Counted from the stretch's first letter, positions 12,442 to 24,044 are shown. The stretch is 64,000 bases of DNA from Gammaproteobacteria bacterium (GCA_963422205.2 CAXMWX010000001.1:384001-448000); one strand, 5' to 3'. The notes: a model not told the origin generated them from the sequence alone. Numbers and translations: made by a program.

Positions 12442-14811
12442 ATGAGATTCAGCGAGCAATGGCTGCGGGAATGGGTGAACCCCGCCCTGGATACCGCCGC
12501 ACTCGCCGAGCAGCTGACCATGCTCGGCCATGAGGTGGATGCGATTACCCCGGCGGCAGCGGATCTTTCCGCCGTGCTCATCGCCAGAGTCATCTCGGTA
12601 AGCCCTCATCCGGGGGCCGATGGCTTGAGCCTGTGCGAGATAGATTACGGGGCGGATGAGTCGGTCGAGGTCGTCTGTGGTGCGCCTGTCTGTGTTGGGC
12701 AGTGCTACGCCTATGCGCCTGTTGGTGCCGTGCTGCCCGCTGGCATGTCGGTAACGGCCAGAGACATTCAAGGCGTGCGCTCTCAGGGCATGTTGTGCTC
12801 TGCCGCCGAGTTGGGTTTGGCAGAGAAATCGACCGCCCTCCTGGCACTACAGCCGGAGGCCAGGCCAGGCCAGTCGCTGGCCGCTTATTTACAGCTTGAT
12901 GACCACCTGCTTGAGGTCTCGCTGACGCCCAATCGAGGCGATTGCCTGAGTATCCGCGGGCTGGCCCGTGAGCTGGCGGCTGCCAATGCACTGGAATTCC
13001 GGCCGGTCAGGATTCAACCGGTTGCCAGCGAAACCGCAGCCCGGCGCACCATCACCCTGACCGCGGCAGATGCCTGTCCGCGTTATGCTGGCCGGGTGAT
13101 CGAGGGGCTGGATGTGACCCGGCCGGCCCCAAGCTGGCTACAGGAGAGGCTCAGGCGGGCGGGCATCCGCAGCTTGAATGCCATTGTCGATATTACCAAT
13201 TATGTCATGCTGGAGTTGGGGCAACCCATGCACGCCTTTGACAATGACAGGCTGACCGGCGATATAGCGGTACGCCATGCCCGGCCGGGGGAGGCTATCA
13301 CGTTGCTCAATGGTGAACAGCATGACCTGCCGACCGGGAGCCTGCTGATCACCGATGCCACCGGCCCGGTGGCGCTGGCGGGCATCATGGGAGGAGAGCA
13401 TACGGCTGTCTCTGATACAACCCGTGATATTTTTCTGGAGAGTGCTTTTTTCACCCCGGTGGCGATTGCCGGCCGTGCCCGAGCGCTGGGGTTGCACACG
13501 GATGCCTCACACCGGTATGAGCGGGGCGTTGATCCCGCCTTGCAACCCGTGGCGGTCGAGCGTGCCACGGCCCTGATACTGGCTGTCTGTGGCGGCCGGG
13601 CTGGGGCTGTGGTGCAAGCGTGTAGCGAGCAGCACTTGCCGCACTCGCTGGACATTGAACTGCCTTATGGGCAGGTCGCCGCGTTGTTGGGCAAGGCCAT
13701 CCCGCCTGGCGAGATTGCCGCGATTATCTCCCGCCTTGGGATACAAATCATTGATAAAAAAAGCGACAAGATCATCGCCAGGGCGCCAGGCTGGCGCTTT
13801 GATATCGGCCTGCCAGAGGATATTATTGAAGAGATCGCACGTCTGCACGGCTTTGACCGGTTCCCCGCCGAGTTGCCTGAAAGCCGGCTGGCCATGCGCC
13901 AAGCCAGCCCATCTTCCTGTCTGGCTGGCTTGAAACAGGTGTTGGTGGAGCGCGGTTTCCAGGAGATCATCAGCTACAGTTTTGTGGGCGATACACTGCA
14001 AAAACGCCTGTTTCCCCGGCAGGATGGCATTGCGCTGATGAATGCGATCTCGGCTGAGTTGGGCGTGATGCGGCTGAGCCTGTGGCCAGGCTTGCTGCTT
14101 GCCCTGCTGCATAACCTTAATCGCCAGCAGCAACGTCTGCGAATCTTTGAGGCCGGGCGTGTATTCACGCAACAGACAGCACTTTGCCAGGATCAGAAGC
14201 TGGCCGGTCTGATATATGGCAATATTTATCATGAACAATGGGATAATCCGTATACTTCAAGCGATATATTCGATCTGAAGGCCGATGTGGAGGCGTTAAT
14301 CCGACAAGGCAGCGGCCCGGTGACCTGCCGCTATGAGCGCTGCCAGAGAGATGCCCTGCATCCGGGGCAATCGGCCACCATTATGGTTGATAATCATGCG
14401 CTGGGCAGGCTGGGCATGTTACACCCCAGGATACAGGCTGCGCTGGATATTGCCGAACCCGTGTATCTGTTTGAATTGGATTTAGAGAAAATATCGCCGA
14501 AAAAACCATTAAAATACGCCAACATCTCTAAATTTCCCTCTTGCAGGCGGGATTTGTCCATTTTGCTTGATGAGCAGATCAGCATTGAAGACATCCGAGT
14601 CTGCATAAAAAAATCGGCCCCTGCGCTGTTGACAAACCTAGAGTTGTTTGACGTATATCAGGGCGAAAGTATTGATCAGGGGGAAAAAAGCGTCACATTA
14701 GGCTTGACCTTTCAGCGCACTTCCAGCACTCTAGCAGATCATGAGGTGGAGGCGATTATGGCGTCTGTGATGACATCGCTTCAAAACGAGTTCGGCGCAC
14801 GGTTAAGATGA
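12442..14811 (+). CDS. pheT: Phenylalanine--tRNA ligase beta subunit
   Basis: MRFSEQWLREWV, TPNRGDCLS, DASHRYERGVD, C-terminal FDX-ACB domain. Confidence 0.97.
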   Translation: MRFSEQWLREWVNPALDTAALAEQLTMLGHEVDAITPAAADLSAVLIARVISVSPHPGADGLSLCEIDYGADESVEVVCGAPVCVGQCYAYAPVGAVLPAGMSVTARDIQGVRSQGMLCSAAELGLAEKSTALLALQPEARPGQSLAAYLQLDDHLLEVSLTPNRGDCLSIRGLARELAAANALEFRPVRIQPVASETAARRTITLTAADACPRYAGRVIEGLDVTRPAPSWLQERLRRAGIRSLNAIVDITNYVMLELGQPMHAFDNDRLTGDIAVRHARPGEAITLLNGEQHDLPTGSLLITDATGPVALAGIMGGEHTAVSDTTRDIFLESAFFTPVAIAGRARALGLHTDASHRYERGVDPALQPVAVERATALILAVCGGRAGAVVQACSEQHLPHSLDIELPYGQVAALLGKAIPPGEIAAIISRLGIQIIDKKSDKIIARAPGWRFDIGLPEDIIEEIARLHGFDRFPAELPESRLAMRQASPSSCLAGLKQVLVERGFQEIISYSFVGDTLQKRLFPRQDGIALMNAISAELGVMRLSLWPGLLLALLHNLNRQQQRLRIFEAGRVFTQQTALCQDQKLAGLIYGNIYHEQWDNPYTSSDIFDLKADVEALIRQGSGPVTCRYERCQRDALHPGQSATIMVDNHALGRLGMLHPRIQAALDIAEPVYLFELDLEKISPKKPLKYANISKFPSCRRDLSILLDEQISIEDIRVCIKKSAPALLTNLELFDVYQGESIDQGEKSVTLGLTFQRTSSTLADHEVEAIMASVMTSLQNEFGARLR

Positions 14812-14817
14812 ATAACA

Positions 14818-15126
14818 ATGGCTGCATTGACAAAGGCTGATATGGCTGAAAAGCTGTATGAGGAGCTTGGTTTGAACAAGCGTGAGGCCAAGGAGATCGT
14901 CGAGATTTTCTTTGAGGAGATCCGCAACGCCCTGGAGACTGGGAATCAGGTGAAGCTGTCCGGCTTTGGTAATTTTGACCTGCGCGATAAAAACCAGAGG
15001 CCGGGCCGTAATCCCAAGACGGGCGAGGATATCCCGATCAGTGCAAGGCGGGTGGTGACTTTTCGGCCGGGACAAAAACTAAAAGCAAGAGTAGAGGCGT
15101 ATGCTGGAAGCATCCAACACCAGTGA
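14818..15126 (+). CDS. ihfA: Integration host factor alpha
   Basis: [19 protein letters not shown]; follows pheT. Confidence 0.97.
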   Translation: MAALTKADMAEKLYEELGLNKREAKEIVEIFFEEIRNALETGNQVKLSGFGNFDLRDKNQRPGRNPKTGEDIPISARRVVTFRPGQKLKARVEAYAGSIQHQ

Positions 15127-15457
15127 CTTGCCCGTCATTCCGGGCAAGCGCTACTTCACCATCGGCGAGGTCAGCGATCTGTGTGCAGTCAAACCGCACG
15201 TACTGCGCTACTGGGAGCAGGAATTTCCGCAGTTAAAACCACTGAAAAGGCGGGGCAATCGCCGGTATTACCAGCGCCATGACGTGATCCTGATCCGCCA
15301 GATCAGAAGCCTGTTATACGAACAGGGCTTTACCATTGGCGGTGCCAGACAGCGGTTATCCGGTGATGAGGCCAAGGAGGATTCCAACCAGAGCCAGCAA
15401 ATCATCAAACAAATCAGAAAAGAACTTGAGGAAGTGCTGGATTTACTGAGGCGTTAA
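15101..15457 (+). CDS. MerR-family transcriptional regulator (ihfA-linked)
   Basis: [27 protein letters not shown]. Confidence 0.92.
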   Translation: MLEASNTSDLPVIPGKRYFTIGEVSDLCAVKPHVLRYWEQEFPQLKPLKRRGNRRYYQRHDVILIRQIRSLLYEQGFTIGGARQRLSGDEAKEDSNQSQQIIKQIRKELEEVLDLLRR

Positions 15458-15581
15458 GCGGCAAGCCAGCCACACATCACCAGAGTGCTGGCCGTTATGG
15501 CAATCTTCACTATCTCAAGGCTGGGCCAGTAGAACAAGGCAGGGGGAGAGATTTTCCCTACCCCGTCCAGCATGACAGTAT

Positions 15582-15658
<77 letters not shown>

Positions 15659-15780
15659 GCTTTTTATCAGTAGTGTGTGATGATCAAATCGGCACATTGG
15701 CCGCCCGGCAGCGAGCCTGTCTGTATCCTGGCGGGCTTGAGATGGTAGAATAGAACAATAAACTAACGATAAACTTCCCT

Positions 15781-16315
15781 ATGTCGCCACAATCATCCTT
15801 GGGTCTTGTGCTGTTGTGTCTGTTAATGTTGGCCGGTTGCAATGAAGAGATGACCGCTGAACAGGCGTTTGCGGCGGGTGATTATGAGGCCGGCTTATTC
15901 GCTCTGGCAGTCCCGGGTAACTCAAGGTGATGCGGTGGCGCAGAATTACTTAGGGGTGCATCACTACCTGGGGCTGGGGGTAGTACGTGATCTCACGCTG
16001 GCATTTGAGTGGTTTGAGAGCGCCGCCAGGCAGGGCAATCCGCAAGGGCAACGTCATCTGGGCATGATGTATCACAACGGCTATGGCACCCCGCCGGATT
16101 TTGTCAGTGCGTATATGTGGTATTATGCGGCCTATCGGCAGGGCAGCCCGACTGCCCGGCGCTACATGGATTCCTTGAGCGAGCAGAACAAGCTCAGTCC
16201 CAACCAAATGAATCAGGCAAAAAGCCAGGCCAGTGAATTTATCATGCACTCGGTCATCGCCGAACAGGGCTCGGAGGGTAAGTTATTTCGCGGGCAACAG
16301 GCAGATTCAAGATAG
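15781..16315 (+). pseudogene. Sel1-repeat lipoprotein with a +1 frameshift near 15892
   Basis: ATG 15781 gives MSPQSSLGLVLLCLLMLAGC (lipobox)...AAGDYEA; removing one base joins it to AYSLWQ..GDAVAQNYLG Sel1 repeats of ORF 15869. Confidence 0.75.
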
Positions 16316-16328
16316 CGGTGGCGAGGAA

Positions 16329-18161
16329 ATGTGCGGGATAGTCGGTGCGGTTGCCCAAAGAAATGTCACCCCCATCCTGCTGGAGGGGCTGCGCCGGCTT
16401 GAATATCGGGGCTATGATTCTGCCGGTATTGCCGTTATTGATGAGAATACCGCCCTGGATCGGGTTCGGGTGCTGGGCAAGGTCGGCGCACTGGAGGCCG
16501 CCCTGGCAGACCGGCCACTCAAAGGCACCACCGGCATCGCCCACACCCGCTGGGCTACCCATGGCCAGCCCAGTGTCAGTAATGCACATCCCCATATCAG
16601 CCGGGATGAGACCGGGGTGGTGCACAATGGCATCATCGAAAACCATGATGCGTTACGGCAGGCACAACGCAAGGCCGGGTATGTGTTCGACTCCGACACC
16701 GATACCGAGGTCATCGCCAACCAGATCCATGCCCACAGTGCCGGCGGGGCTGATCTGTTGCAGGCGGTATCAAGGACGGTCGTTGAACTGCAGGGGGCTT
16801 ACGCGCTGGTCGTCATCAGCAGGCGAGAGCGGGGTCGTCTGGTGGTTGCAAGAGCGGGCAGTCCGCTGCTCATCGGTATCGGCATCGGCGAGTTTTTTGT
16901 CGCCTCGGATATGTTTGCCCTGCTGCCGGTCACACAGCGCTTTATCATTTTGGAAGAAGGGGACATCGCCGATATTACCGAGCAGGGGGTCAGCATTATC
17001 GACCGGGATGGCCGCTGCGTTGACCGGCCGGTGATAGTCTCTGCCATGCGTGCCGAGGCAGCGGAGAAGGCCGATTACCGGCACTACATGTTAAAAGAGA
17101 TCCATGACCAGCCAGAGGCGATAGCCGAGACCCTGGAAGGCAGAATCTCTAACCACAGGCTGGCGGTGATGAGTTTCGGCATGGCCGCTGAGGGCCTGCT
17201 GGATCAGATCAAGGCGATCCATATCGTTGCCTGCGGTACCAGTTACCATGCGGGTCTGGTTGCCCGTTACTGGTTTGAGAATCTGACCAGGATCGCCTGT
17301 AGTGTGGACATTGCCAGCGAGTATCGCTACCGCCATACCCTGGTGGATGCAGACACTCTGTTTGTCTGCATTTCACAATCGGGAGAAACGCTGGATACCC
17401 TGGAGGCACTGCGCCTGGCCAGAACCAAAGGCTACCGATCTACCCTGGCGATTTGCAATGCACCGGAGAGTGCCCTGACCCGAGAGGCCGAGTTGGTCTT
17501 TCTGACCCGGGCAGGCAAGGAAATCGGGGTGGCGTCAACCAAGGCGTTTACTACCCAGCTGGTTGCCCTGCTGATGCTGGTCATCATCAGTGCGCGTCGT
17601 TTCGGGCTGACTGCTGCACAGGAAGCTGAATTTATCATGCAGCTTGAAAAACTGCCCGCGCTGATTAACACGCTGTTTGAACGGCGGCGTGAGATTGCCA
17701 GCATGGCCGAGGAGTTTGTCCATAAACAGCATGTCTTGTACCTTGGGCGCGGCACGATGCTGCCGGTTGCCATGGAAGGGGCGCTTAAATTAAAAGAAGT
17801 GTCGTATATTCATGCCGAAGCCTATGCGGCTGGCGAGCTGAAACACGGGCCACTGGCGCTGGTTGATGAGGATATGCCGGTGGTTGCTGTTGCCCCCGGC
17901 AATCAACTGATCGAGAAACTAAAATCCAATCTGCACGAGGTCAAGGCCAGAGGGGGCGTGTTGTATCTCTACAGCGATCAGGCGATTGGCTTTGAGGAGG
18001 ATGCACAGGTGAAGTTAATTCCCATGCCGAAGATCAATGATTACCTGGCACCGATAGTATATACCATCCCGCTACAGCTATTTGCCTATGAAGTGGCTGT
18101 CTTGAAAGGGCTGGATGTCGATCAGCCGCGTAATCTCGCCAAGTCTGTGACGGTGGAATAG
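16329..18161 (+). CDS. glmS: Glutamine--fructose-6-phosphate aminotransferase
   Basis: MCGIVG start, LEYRGYDSAG, HTRWATHG, PRNLAKSVTVE end. Confidence 0.98.
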   Translation: MCGIVGAVAQRNVTPILLEGLRRLEYRGYDSAGIAVIDENTALDRVRVLGKVGALEAALADRPLKGTTGIAHTRWATHGQPSVSNAHPHISRDETGVVHNGIIENHDALRQAQRKAGYVFDSDTDTEVIANQIHAHSAGGADLLQAVSRTVVELQGAYALVVISRRERGRLVVARAGSPLLIGIGIGEFFVASDMFALLPVTQRFIILEEGDIADITEQGVSIIDRDGRCVDRPVIVSAMRAEAAEKADYRHYMLKEIHDQPEAIAETLEGRISNHRLAVMSFGMAAEGLLDQIKAIHIVACGTSYHAGLVARYWFENLTRIACSVDIASEYRYRHTLVDADTLFVCISQSGETLDTLEALRLARTKGYRSTLAICNAPESALTREAELVFLTRAGKEIGVASTKAFTTQLVALLMLVIISARRFGLTAAQEAEFIMQLEKLPALINTLFERRREIASMAEEFVHKQHVLYLGRGTMLPVAMEGALKLKEVSYIHAEAYAAGELKHGPLALVDEDMPVVAVAPGNQLIEKLKSNLHEVKARGGVLYLYSDQAIGFEEDAQVKLIPMPKINDYLAPIVYTIPLQLFAYEVAVLKGLDVDQPRNLAKSVTVE

Positions 18162-18342
18162 CCCATCATGCTGGCGAGCAATAGGCCGGAACGTCATGCC
18201 ACAGGTGCTGTGGTCTTGCGTTTTGACAGCGCATCGCAATGGCACAACGTGATATGGCTGGTTGCTGCTGTTCCCGGCATGGCATGTGTGCCTCTCTGCC
18301 TTGCCACCCGCCGCATGGTACGATATCCGTGAAGCCGGTTTG

Positions 18343-18648
18343 ATGAGCAGCGATAAAATCATCGTTATGGTGGATGCCGATCTTGAGGAGTTAATCCCCG
18401 GCTTTCTTGAGAAAAGGCAGGCCGATATTGCTCATCTTAATGCGGCGGCTGATTCTCTGGATTTCGCCGCATTGCAGTTCATCGGGCATAATCTCAAAGG
18501 GATTGGCGGTGGTTATGGCTTTGACGAGGTATCGGAGATGGGCGCAGCGATTGAATCGGCGGCCATGGCACAGGACATCAACACGGCTGCCAGGATCATC
18601 GCCAGGCTGGATGCGTATCTGCAAAACGTGGACGTTGCCTACGAGTGA
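18343..18648 (+). CDS. Stand-alone Hpt phosphotransfer protein
   Basis: GHNLKGIGGGYG motif; directly upstream of a hybrid kinase. Confidence 0.85.
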   Translation: MSSDKIIVMVDADLEELIPGFLEKRQADIAHLNAAADSLDFAALQFIGHNLKGIGGGYGFDEVSEMGAAIESAAMAQDINTAARIIARLDAYLQNVDVAYE

Positions 18649-18657
18649 TCCGAGTCC

Positions 18658-21288
18658 ATGCTCTGGCTGAATCAACATAAGTTGCATTTACCCCTGTGGT
18701 CAGCCTATGCACTGGCCTTTGTGCTTGGGCTGGCATTTTTCGGTTTGATTGTCTCTATCAGTTGGCATCGTGCCCTGGCGACGAATGAGAGCGCCTTTTC
18801 CCTCCAGTCTGCGGGGTTAAAAGACAAGATCTTCAGCAATATCAGGATTGTGCATAATACCGTTGACAGTTTTGCCTCATTTTTTGATATTCACCCGGTT
18901 CTCAGCCAGCATGAATTTGACATTATCACCGCACCGATACTGCAAAAACATGCGTACATCAATGAGATTTTCTACGCAAAACTGCAAGTCAATGAGGATG
19001 CCGCAGAGGGAAGGTTTATCCTGGATCGTAATTTGACATTGGCTGAATTAAGCGAGCTGTCACAGACGGCATGCCAGTTTATCGTCAGCCGACAGAATTT
19101 TCGACAGCAGACGATGTTTTCAATAGGCGAGGATATCTTTAACAAGGCGATCTATCAGGACATCATCAAGACGGTATTATCGACCGATGACGTTGCAGCC
19201 ATGGTCATAGAGCAGGAAGATGACAGCGATAAATACCTGTTATTGAAGACCGTACGCCAATCAGCGCCCGCTGATCTGAAAGCGGTTGGCCGGCAGGTGA
19301 ATGGCGATGGGGAGTTGCTTGGCCTGGTCGGTATTCTGGTCGATCCGGCAGGTCTGCTCGGCATCATTCCACACCAACTCCATACGACCTTAATCATGGT
19401 GAATGATTCGTATAATGCAGGTGGCAGAAAAAAACTCTACCATGATATGGCAGAGACCGGGATGGGGGAGAGATGGGCAGCCGCTACCTTCAGCGAACGT
19501 GGCGTGGCACAGTTTCCGATCTATTCAATCAGCATGAACATAGACAAAGATGTCCTCTGGTCGGAAATTGACAAGCTGCCGATCTATATCAGCCTGCTGA
19601 TTGGCATAGGCGTTATGCTGTTAATCATCGCCCTAGTTCGTGTTAAAGACTCACAGGCGCAGGAGTTAAAGGCACGCAATCTGCTGATCCAGAGCAAGGT
19701 TGAAGAGCAGACCCGGGAGCTGGCGCTGGCCAGAGACAAAGCGCTTGAAGCGTCCAGGATAAAATCTGACTTTCTGGCCAGCATGAGCCATGAAATCAGG
19801 ACACCATTAAATGCCATTATCGGCATGTCCACCCTGCTGGAGGAGAGCAAGCTAACGGATGAGAAAAGCAAGTATGTCGAAGTCTTCAAAAACGCTGGTG
19901 ATACCTTGCTCAACCTGGTCAACGACATACTGGATTTATCCAAGATCGAAGCACACCAACTGGAGCTGGAGAAGATCGAGTTTGACGTTGCCGGGGTTGT
20001 TGAAGAGGCGATCGATATTTACGCCTTGAAGGCAGAGGAGAAAGGTATTGAGTTGTTGAGCCTGGTGACAACCGATATCAAACGCAAACGTGAAGGCGAT
20101 CCGGCCAGGCTAAAGCAGGTGATTCTGAATTTAATCAGCAATGCGTTGAAGTTCACCGAGCAGGGCGAAATCGTGGTCTATGTCAGTCACCAGGCAGATC
20201 ATCACGATGAGGATCAGTTGAAGTTTTCTGTTTCAGATACCGGTATTGGCATCCCTGCTGATAAGTGCGAGACGATCTTCTCCAGCTTCAGCCAGGCTGA
20301 CTCTTCCATCACTCGCAAATACGGCGGTACCGGTCTTGGGCTGGCGATTTGTCGCAATCTGATTGAGATGATGCGGGGTAAAATACAGGTTGAAAGCGAA
20401 GAGGGTAAAGGCAGTGTTTTCAGCTTTACAGCACATCTACCCGTGCTTGCCAGCGGCGATGAGCGGGGGGATTCTTTTGCCAGCTTCATGGGTAATAAGG
20501 CCCTGATCGCCCATTATAACAGCACCAGCATCAACATCCTCTCCGATTATCTGTCGAACTACAGCATTGAGACCGTGGCGATTAACTCGGCGGTTGAGTT
20601 AAAAAGCCAACTGGCGGCAGGTACCGTTGCCCAGGACTATGACATCATCATGTTGAACAGCCGTCTGGCTGATACGGACTTGTTCAGTTTTTTGCAGCAA
20701 ACGGATATCACCGGGATTTCTCACAAGACGATTTTAATGCTGCATGCGGCCGAGTTAAACCACCATATCCAGGCAATAAAAAATCTGAGTGTGGCCTCTT
20801 ATCTCGTCAAGCCAATCAAGCAACTGGAAATGCTGCGACATATCGCTTATATCCTGCTGGGCAAGCAGGGCAGCCTGCCCTTTGTCGTCAACCAGGATGA
20901 GAAGATAGATGAAGACAAGCCGCTGAACATCTTGCTGGTGGAGGACAATCCTGACAATCGTCTGCTATTTAATGCTTACCTGAAAAAATACCCCTACACC
21001 ATAGACGAAGCAGAGAACGGCGAGATCGCAATTAATAAGTTTACGCAGGGGGCCTACGATCTGGTCTTTATGGACGTGCAAATGCCGGTGATGGATGGGC
21101 ATACCGCAACCCGGCAGATACGACAATGGGAGGCTGAACAGAACAGATCGCCGACCGTCATCATCGCCCTGACCGCCCATGCTATCAGGGAAGAAATCGA
21201 TAAATGTATGGCCGCCGGTTGCAGCAGCCATTTAAGCAAGCCGGTAAAGAAACAGGTCTTGCTGCAAGCGATTAAGACCCACCTTTAA
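18658..21288 (+). CDS. Membrane hybrid sensor histidine kinase (degenerate plus intact receiver domains)
   Basis: Two TM segments, FLASMSHEIRTPLN, NLISNALKFT, GGTGLGL, IIMLNS (no Asp), LVFMDVQMP. Confidence 0.93.
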   Translation: MLWLNQHKLHLPLWSAYALAFVLGLAFFGLIVSISWHRALATNESAFSLQSAGLKDKIFSNIRIVHNTVDSFASFFDIHPVLSQHEFDIITAPILQKHAYINEIFYAKLQVNEDAAEGRFILDRNLTLAELSELSQTACQFIVSRQNFRQQTMFSIGEDIFNKAIYQDIIKTVLSTDDVAAMVIEQEDDSDKYLLLKTVRQSAPADLKAVGRQVNGDGELLGLVGILVDPAGLLGIIPHQLHTTLIMVNDSYNAGGRKKLYHDMAETGMGERWAAATFSERGVAQFPIYSISMNIDKDVLWSEIDKLPIYISLLIGIGVMLLIIALVRVKDSQAQELKARNLLIQSKVEEQTRELALARDKALEASRIKSDFLASMSHEIRTPLNAIIGMSTLLEESKLTDEKSKYVEVFKNAGDTLLNLVNDILDLSKIEAHQLELEKIEFDVAGVVEEAIDIYALKAEEKGIELLSLVTTDIKRKREGDPARLKQVILNLISNALKFTEQGEIVVYVSHQADHHDEDQLKFSVSDTGIGIPADKCETIFSSFSQADSSITRKYGGTGLGLAICRNLIEMMRGKIQVESEEGKGSVFSFTAHLPVLASGDERGDSFASFMGNKALIAHYNSTSINILSDYLSNYSIETVAINSAVELKSQLAAGTVAQDYDIIMLNSRLADTDLFSFLQQTDITGISHKTILMLHAAELNHHIQAIKNLSVASYLVKPIKQLEMLRHIAYILLGKQGSLPFVVNQDEKIDEDKPLNILLVEDNPDNRLLFNAYLKKYPYTIDEAENGEIAINKFTQGAYDLVFMDVQMPVMDGHTATRQIRQWEAEQNRSPTVIIALTAHAIREEIDKCMAAGCSSHLSKPVKKQVLLQAIKTHL

Positions 21289-21308
21289 CCTGAACATCCA
21301 CTTGGCTT

Positions 21309-21884
21309 TTATTTGATAAGGGCCTGGAGTGCCTTGAAGTGTGCATGGCTGGCATCGCCCAGCCACTCAAACACGACCGACTCAGCATCACAGATACTGA
21401 TCCCGGCAGCCCGCAAACGCTGTAATGCCAGCTCGTAACTTTCTCTGTGTCTGGAACAGATCGCATCGGCAGCGACAAACACGCCATACCCCTGCCCGAA
21501 CAACTCAAGAGCGGTTTGCAAGACACAAATATGCGCCTCCATGCCGGCAATGATCACCTGTTTGCGTCCCGCTTCGCCTAACGCCGCTTTGAATGCCGGT
21601 AAATTTGCACAGGAAAATGCGGTTTTTTCATACACCGGGCTGCCCTCAGGCAGTATGTTTTTCAGCTCGCTCTCCAGAGGCCCCAGACCTTTGGGATATT
21701 GCTCAGACGCATAGACGGGAATGGCAAGCCGCTTCGCTGCATGTATCAGCAGGCTGGTGTTGCGTTGCAGGCGGGCCAGCACCTTTGCCGGTATGACGGC
21801 GGTTAAATGTGTCTGGATATCAACGATCAGGAGAGATGAATTGTCCGCACAGCAGAGGGAATGATTTTCAGTGTTCATAGTCAC
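21309..21884 (-). CDS. Isochorismatase-family hydrolase
   Basis: LLIVDIQ, SEQYPKGLG, KTAFSC, GMEAHICVLQT. Confidence 0.9.
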   Translation of the reverse strand: MTMNTENHSLCCADNSSLLIVDIQTHLTAVIPAKVLARLQRNTSLLIHAAKRLAIPVYASEQYPKGLGPLESELKNILPEGSPVYEKTAFSCANLPAFKAALGEAGRKQVIIAGMEAHICVLQTALELFGQGYGVFVAADAICSRHRESYELALQRLRAAGISICDAESVVFEWLGDASHAHFKALQALIK

Positions 21885-21906
21885 GTGACCCGTAGAGAAA
21901 TGAAAG

Positions 21907-23235
21907 TTATTTTGTCAGCCAGGTATTGATGTGGCTGATGTCAGCCGCTGACAAGGTGCCGGCGGCCAGTTTCAGCCGCATACTGTCTAACAGATAATCA
22001 TAGCGTGCCCTGGCCAGATCACGCCTGGCCTGGGAGGTCACACGCTCGGCGGCGACCACATCCACCGCCGTTCGGGTGCCGACTTCAAACCCGGCCTCAG
22101 TTGCCTGCAATGCGGTCTCTGATGAGCGCACCGCCTGCTTGAGTGCATCCACCCGGCTGATACCGGCGATGACACCGAGGAAGGCTTGCCGGGCGTGGCG
22201 CTGGGCATCACGCCGTGCCTGTTCCAGCCCTTGCAGGCGGGCCTGCAGGCGCTGCTTCACCTCACGTACCCTGGAATTGACCAGGCCGCCCTGAAAGATA
22301 GGCACGTTTAACTCCAGCCCGATCATGCTGGCGGTGGTTTCAAAGTCGCCAAACCGGCCACCGGATTTATCGAAGCCATGATTGGCAACGATATCCAGGG
22401 TCGGCAGATGGCTGGCGAACTGACGTTTAATCTCTGCCCTGGCCGTATTGACTGCATGCGAGGCGGCGATGACTGACAGGTTCTGTTGCAGCGCCGTGTC
22501 TGTCCATTCATCAATCACATCGGGCGTCGGCCTGACCAACGGCATGTGCTGGCCGAGGGCAGCCAGCGTGGGGAAATACGCACCCGTGATCTCCCGCAAT
22601 GCTTCTCTGGCATTATCGACATTGTTCTGGGCGGCGATCTCCTCGGCGAGCGCCCGGTCAAAGCCGGCCTGGGCTTCCTGCACATCGGTGATGGCCGTCA
22701 AGCCGACATCAAATCGCTGCCGGGCCTGTTCCAATCGTCGGCTGAGGGATTTTTTCTCTGACTGGGCAAAGTTGAGGGTATCTGCCGCCGCCAGCACATC
22801 AAAATAGGCGGCCGTGGTTCTGAGCATTAACTCCTGACGGGCGGCGATTAATTCTGCCTCGGCCTCAAGGATACGGCTGTCCGCCTGTTGCAGGCCAAGG
22901 AAGCGATCACGTCTGAATACCGGCTGTATCAAGGCCAGCCGGTAGCTCTGGCTGTTGAAACTGATCGCCCCATCGGCGCCGAATCCGGCACGTGTGATAT
23001 CCTGCTCGTGCTGGCGGGCATCGGCCCTGAAAGAGACCTCGGGCAGTAGCCGGGATATGGCCTGTGGACGCTGTTCCTGGGTGGCCCGTCGGGCGGCGAT
23101 GGCCTGCTGGTATTGCGGGTCGCCGTTACGGGCATACTCATAGACATCCAGCAAGTCACTGGCCGCGGCATACAGCGGGGGCAGGGCGCAGCAGGCCATG
23201 ATGAGGCAGAGGGTAAAACCCGAACGGATAGGCAT
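21907..23235 (-). CDS. tolC: TolC-family outer membrane channel
   Basis: Signal peptide, RFDVGLTAITDVQEAQA, GFEVGTRTAVDV; follows pcm. Confidence 0.9.
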   Translation of the reverse strand: MPIRSGFTLCLIMACCALPPLYAAASDLLDVYEYARNGDPQYQQAIAARRATQEQRPQAISRLLPEVSFRADARQHEQDITRAGFGADGAISFNSQSYRLALIQPVFRRDRFLGLQQADSRILEAEAELIAARQELMLRTTAAYFDVLAAADTLNFAQSEKKSLSRRLEQARQRFDVGLTAITDVQEAQAGFDRALAEEIAAQNNVDNAREALREITGAYFPTLAALGQHMPLVRPTPDVIDEWTDTALQQNLSVIAASHAVNTARAEIKRQFASHLPTLDIVANHGFDKSGGRFGDFETTASMIGLELNVPIFQGGLVNSRVREVKQRLQARLQGLEQARRDAQRHARQAFLGVIAGISRVDALKQAVRSSETALQATEAGFEVGTRTAVDVVAAERVTSQARRDLARARYDYLLDSMRLKLAAGTLSAADISHINTWLTK

Positions 23236-23387
23236 TTTTATTGGTTATCCTGTGTTGCCAGGCAGGATCATGGTGACAGACGGCGGCACATCGGCCAGCA
23301 TATCGGTAATCGGTAGAGACAGCCCCTGCTGGTGTCGTTTGCCTGTCTGCCTAGCAGCATACAAGGCGGCCTTGAGGGGGGCGAGGT

Positions 23388-24044
23388 TCACAGGATGAAC
23401 GTATCAGGCGGCACCGCACCCACCAGCGCCGGGATATCCGTTTCAAATAATACCTCTCTAGTGTAGGCATTCTCGCCAACCCGTATGATCAGATTGGCCT
23501 GCATGATCGGCGATGTGCCGGTGATCACGAACAAGCGGCCACCGGGTTTAAGCTGTGTTTGAAAACGGTTGTTGAGCTCGGGCAGCGAGCCGCTGACAAC
23601 GATCACATCATAGGGGCCGGATCCAGGCCAGCCATCCAGCCCGTCACAGGTCAGCAACTCGATGTTGTGCAGGTCTGCCGCCTGTAATTTTTCCAGTGCG
23701 GTTCTGGTAAATTCTGCATAAATATCAAGGCTGGAAACAAATTCGCAGGAGGCGGCCAGTAATGCCGTCAGATAACCGCAACCGGTGCCGATCTCCAATG
23801 CCCGTTCATCCGGCCTTGGCGCCAGGCTCTGTATAATCCTCGCCTCAACACGAGGCGGCAGGGTGAACTGATCATGTGGCAGTGGTATGGAAGTATCCGC
23901 AAACGCCAGGGCGGTATACGGGGCGGGAATGAACGCTTCCCGGTGCAGGCGGGTCAGGAGATCCAAAGTCGATTGATCCAGCACATCCCAGGTACGGATC
24001 TGCTGCTCTATCATGTTATGTCGTGCCAGGTTAGCTTCCATCAT
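23388..24044 (-). CDS. Protein-L-isoaspartate O-methyltransferase family (tolC-linked paralogue)
   Basis: ARHNMIEQQIRTWDV, LEIGTGCGY, LKPGGRL; start approximate. Confidence 0.88.
   Translation of the reverse strand: MMEANLARHNMIEQQIRTWDVLDQSTLDLLTRLHREAFIPAPYTALAFADTSIPLPHDQFTLPPRVEARIIQSLAPRPDERALEIGTGCGYLTALLAASCEFVSSLDIYAEFTRTALEKLQAADLHNIELLTCDGLDGWPGSGPYDVIVVSGSLPELNNRFQTQLKPGGRLFVITGTSPIMQANLIIRVGENAYTREVLFETDIPALVGAVPPDTFIL

Noticed and set aside
18162-18342. Tn7 insertion downstream of glmS
   Set aside because: No TGT...ACA ends or tns genes seen
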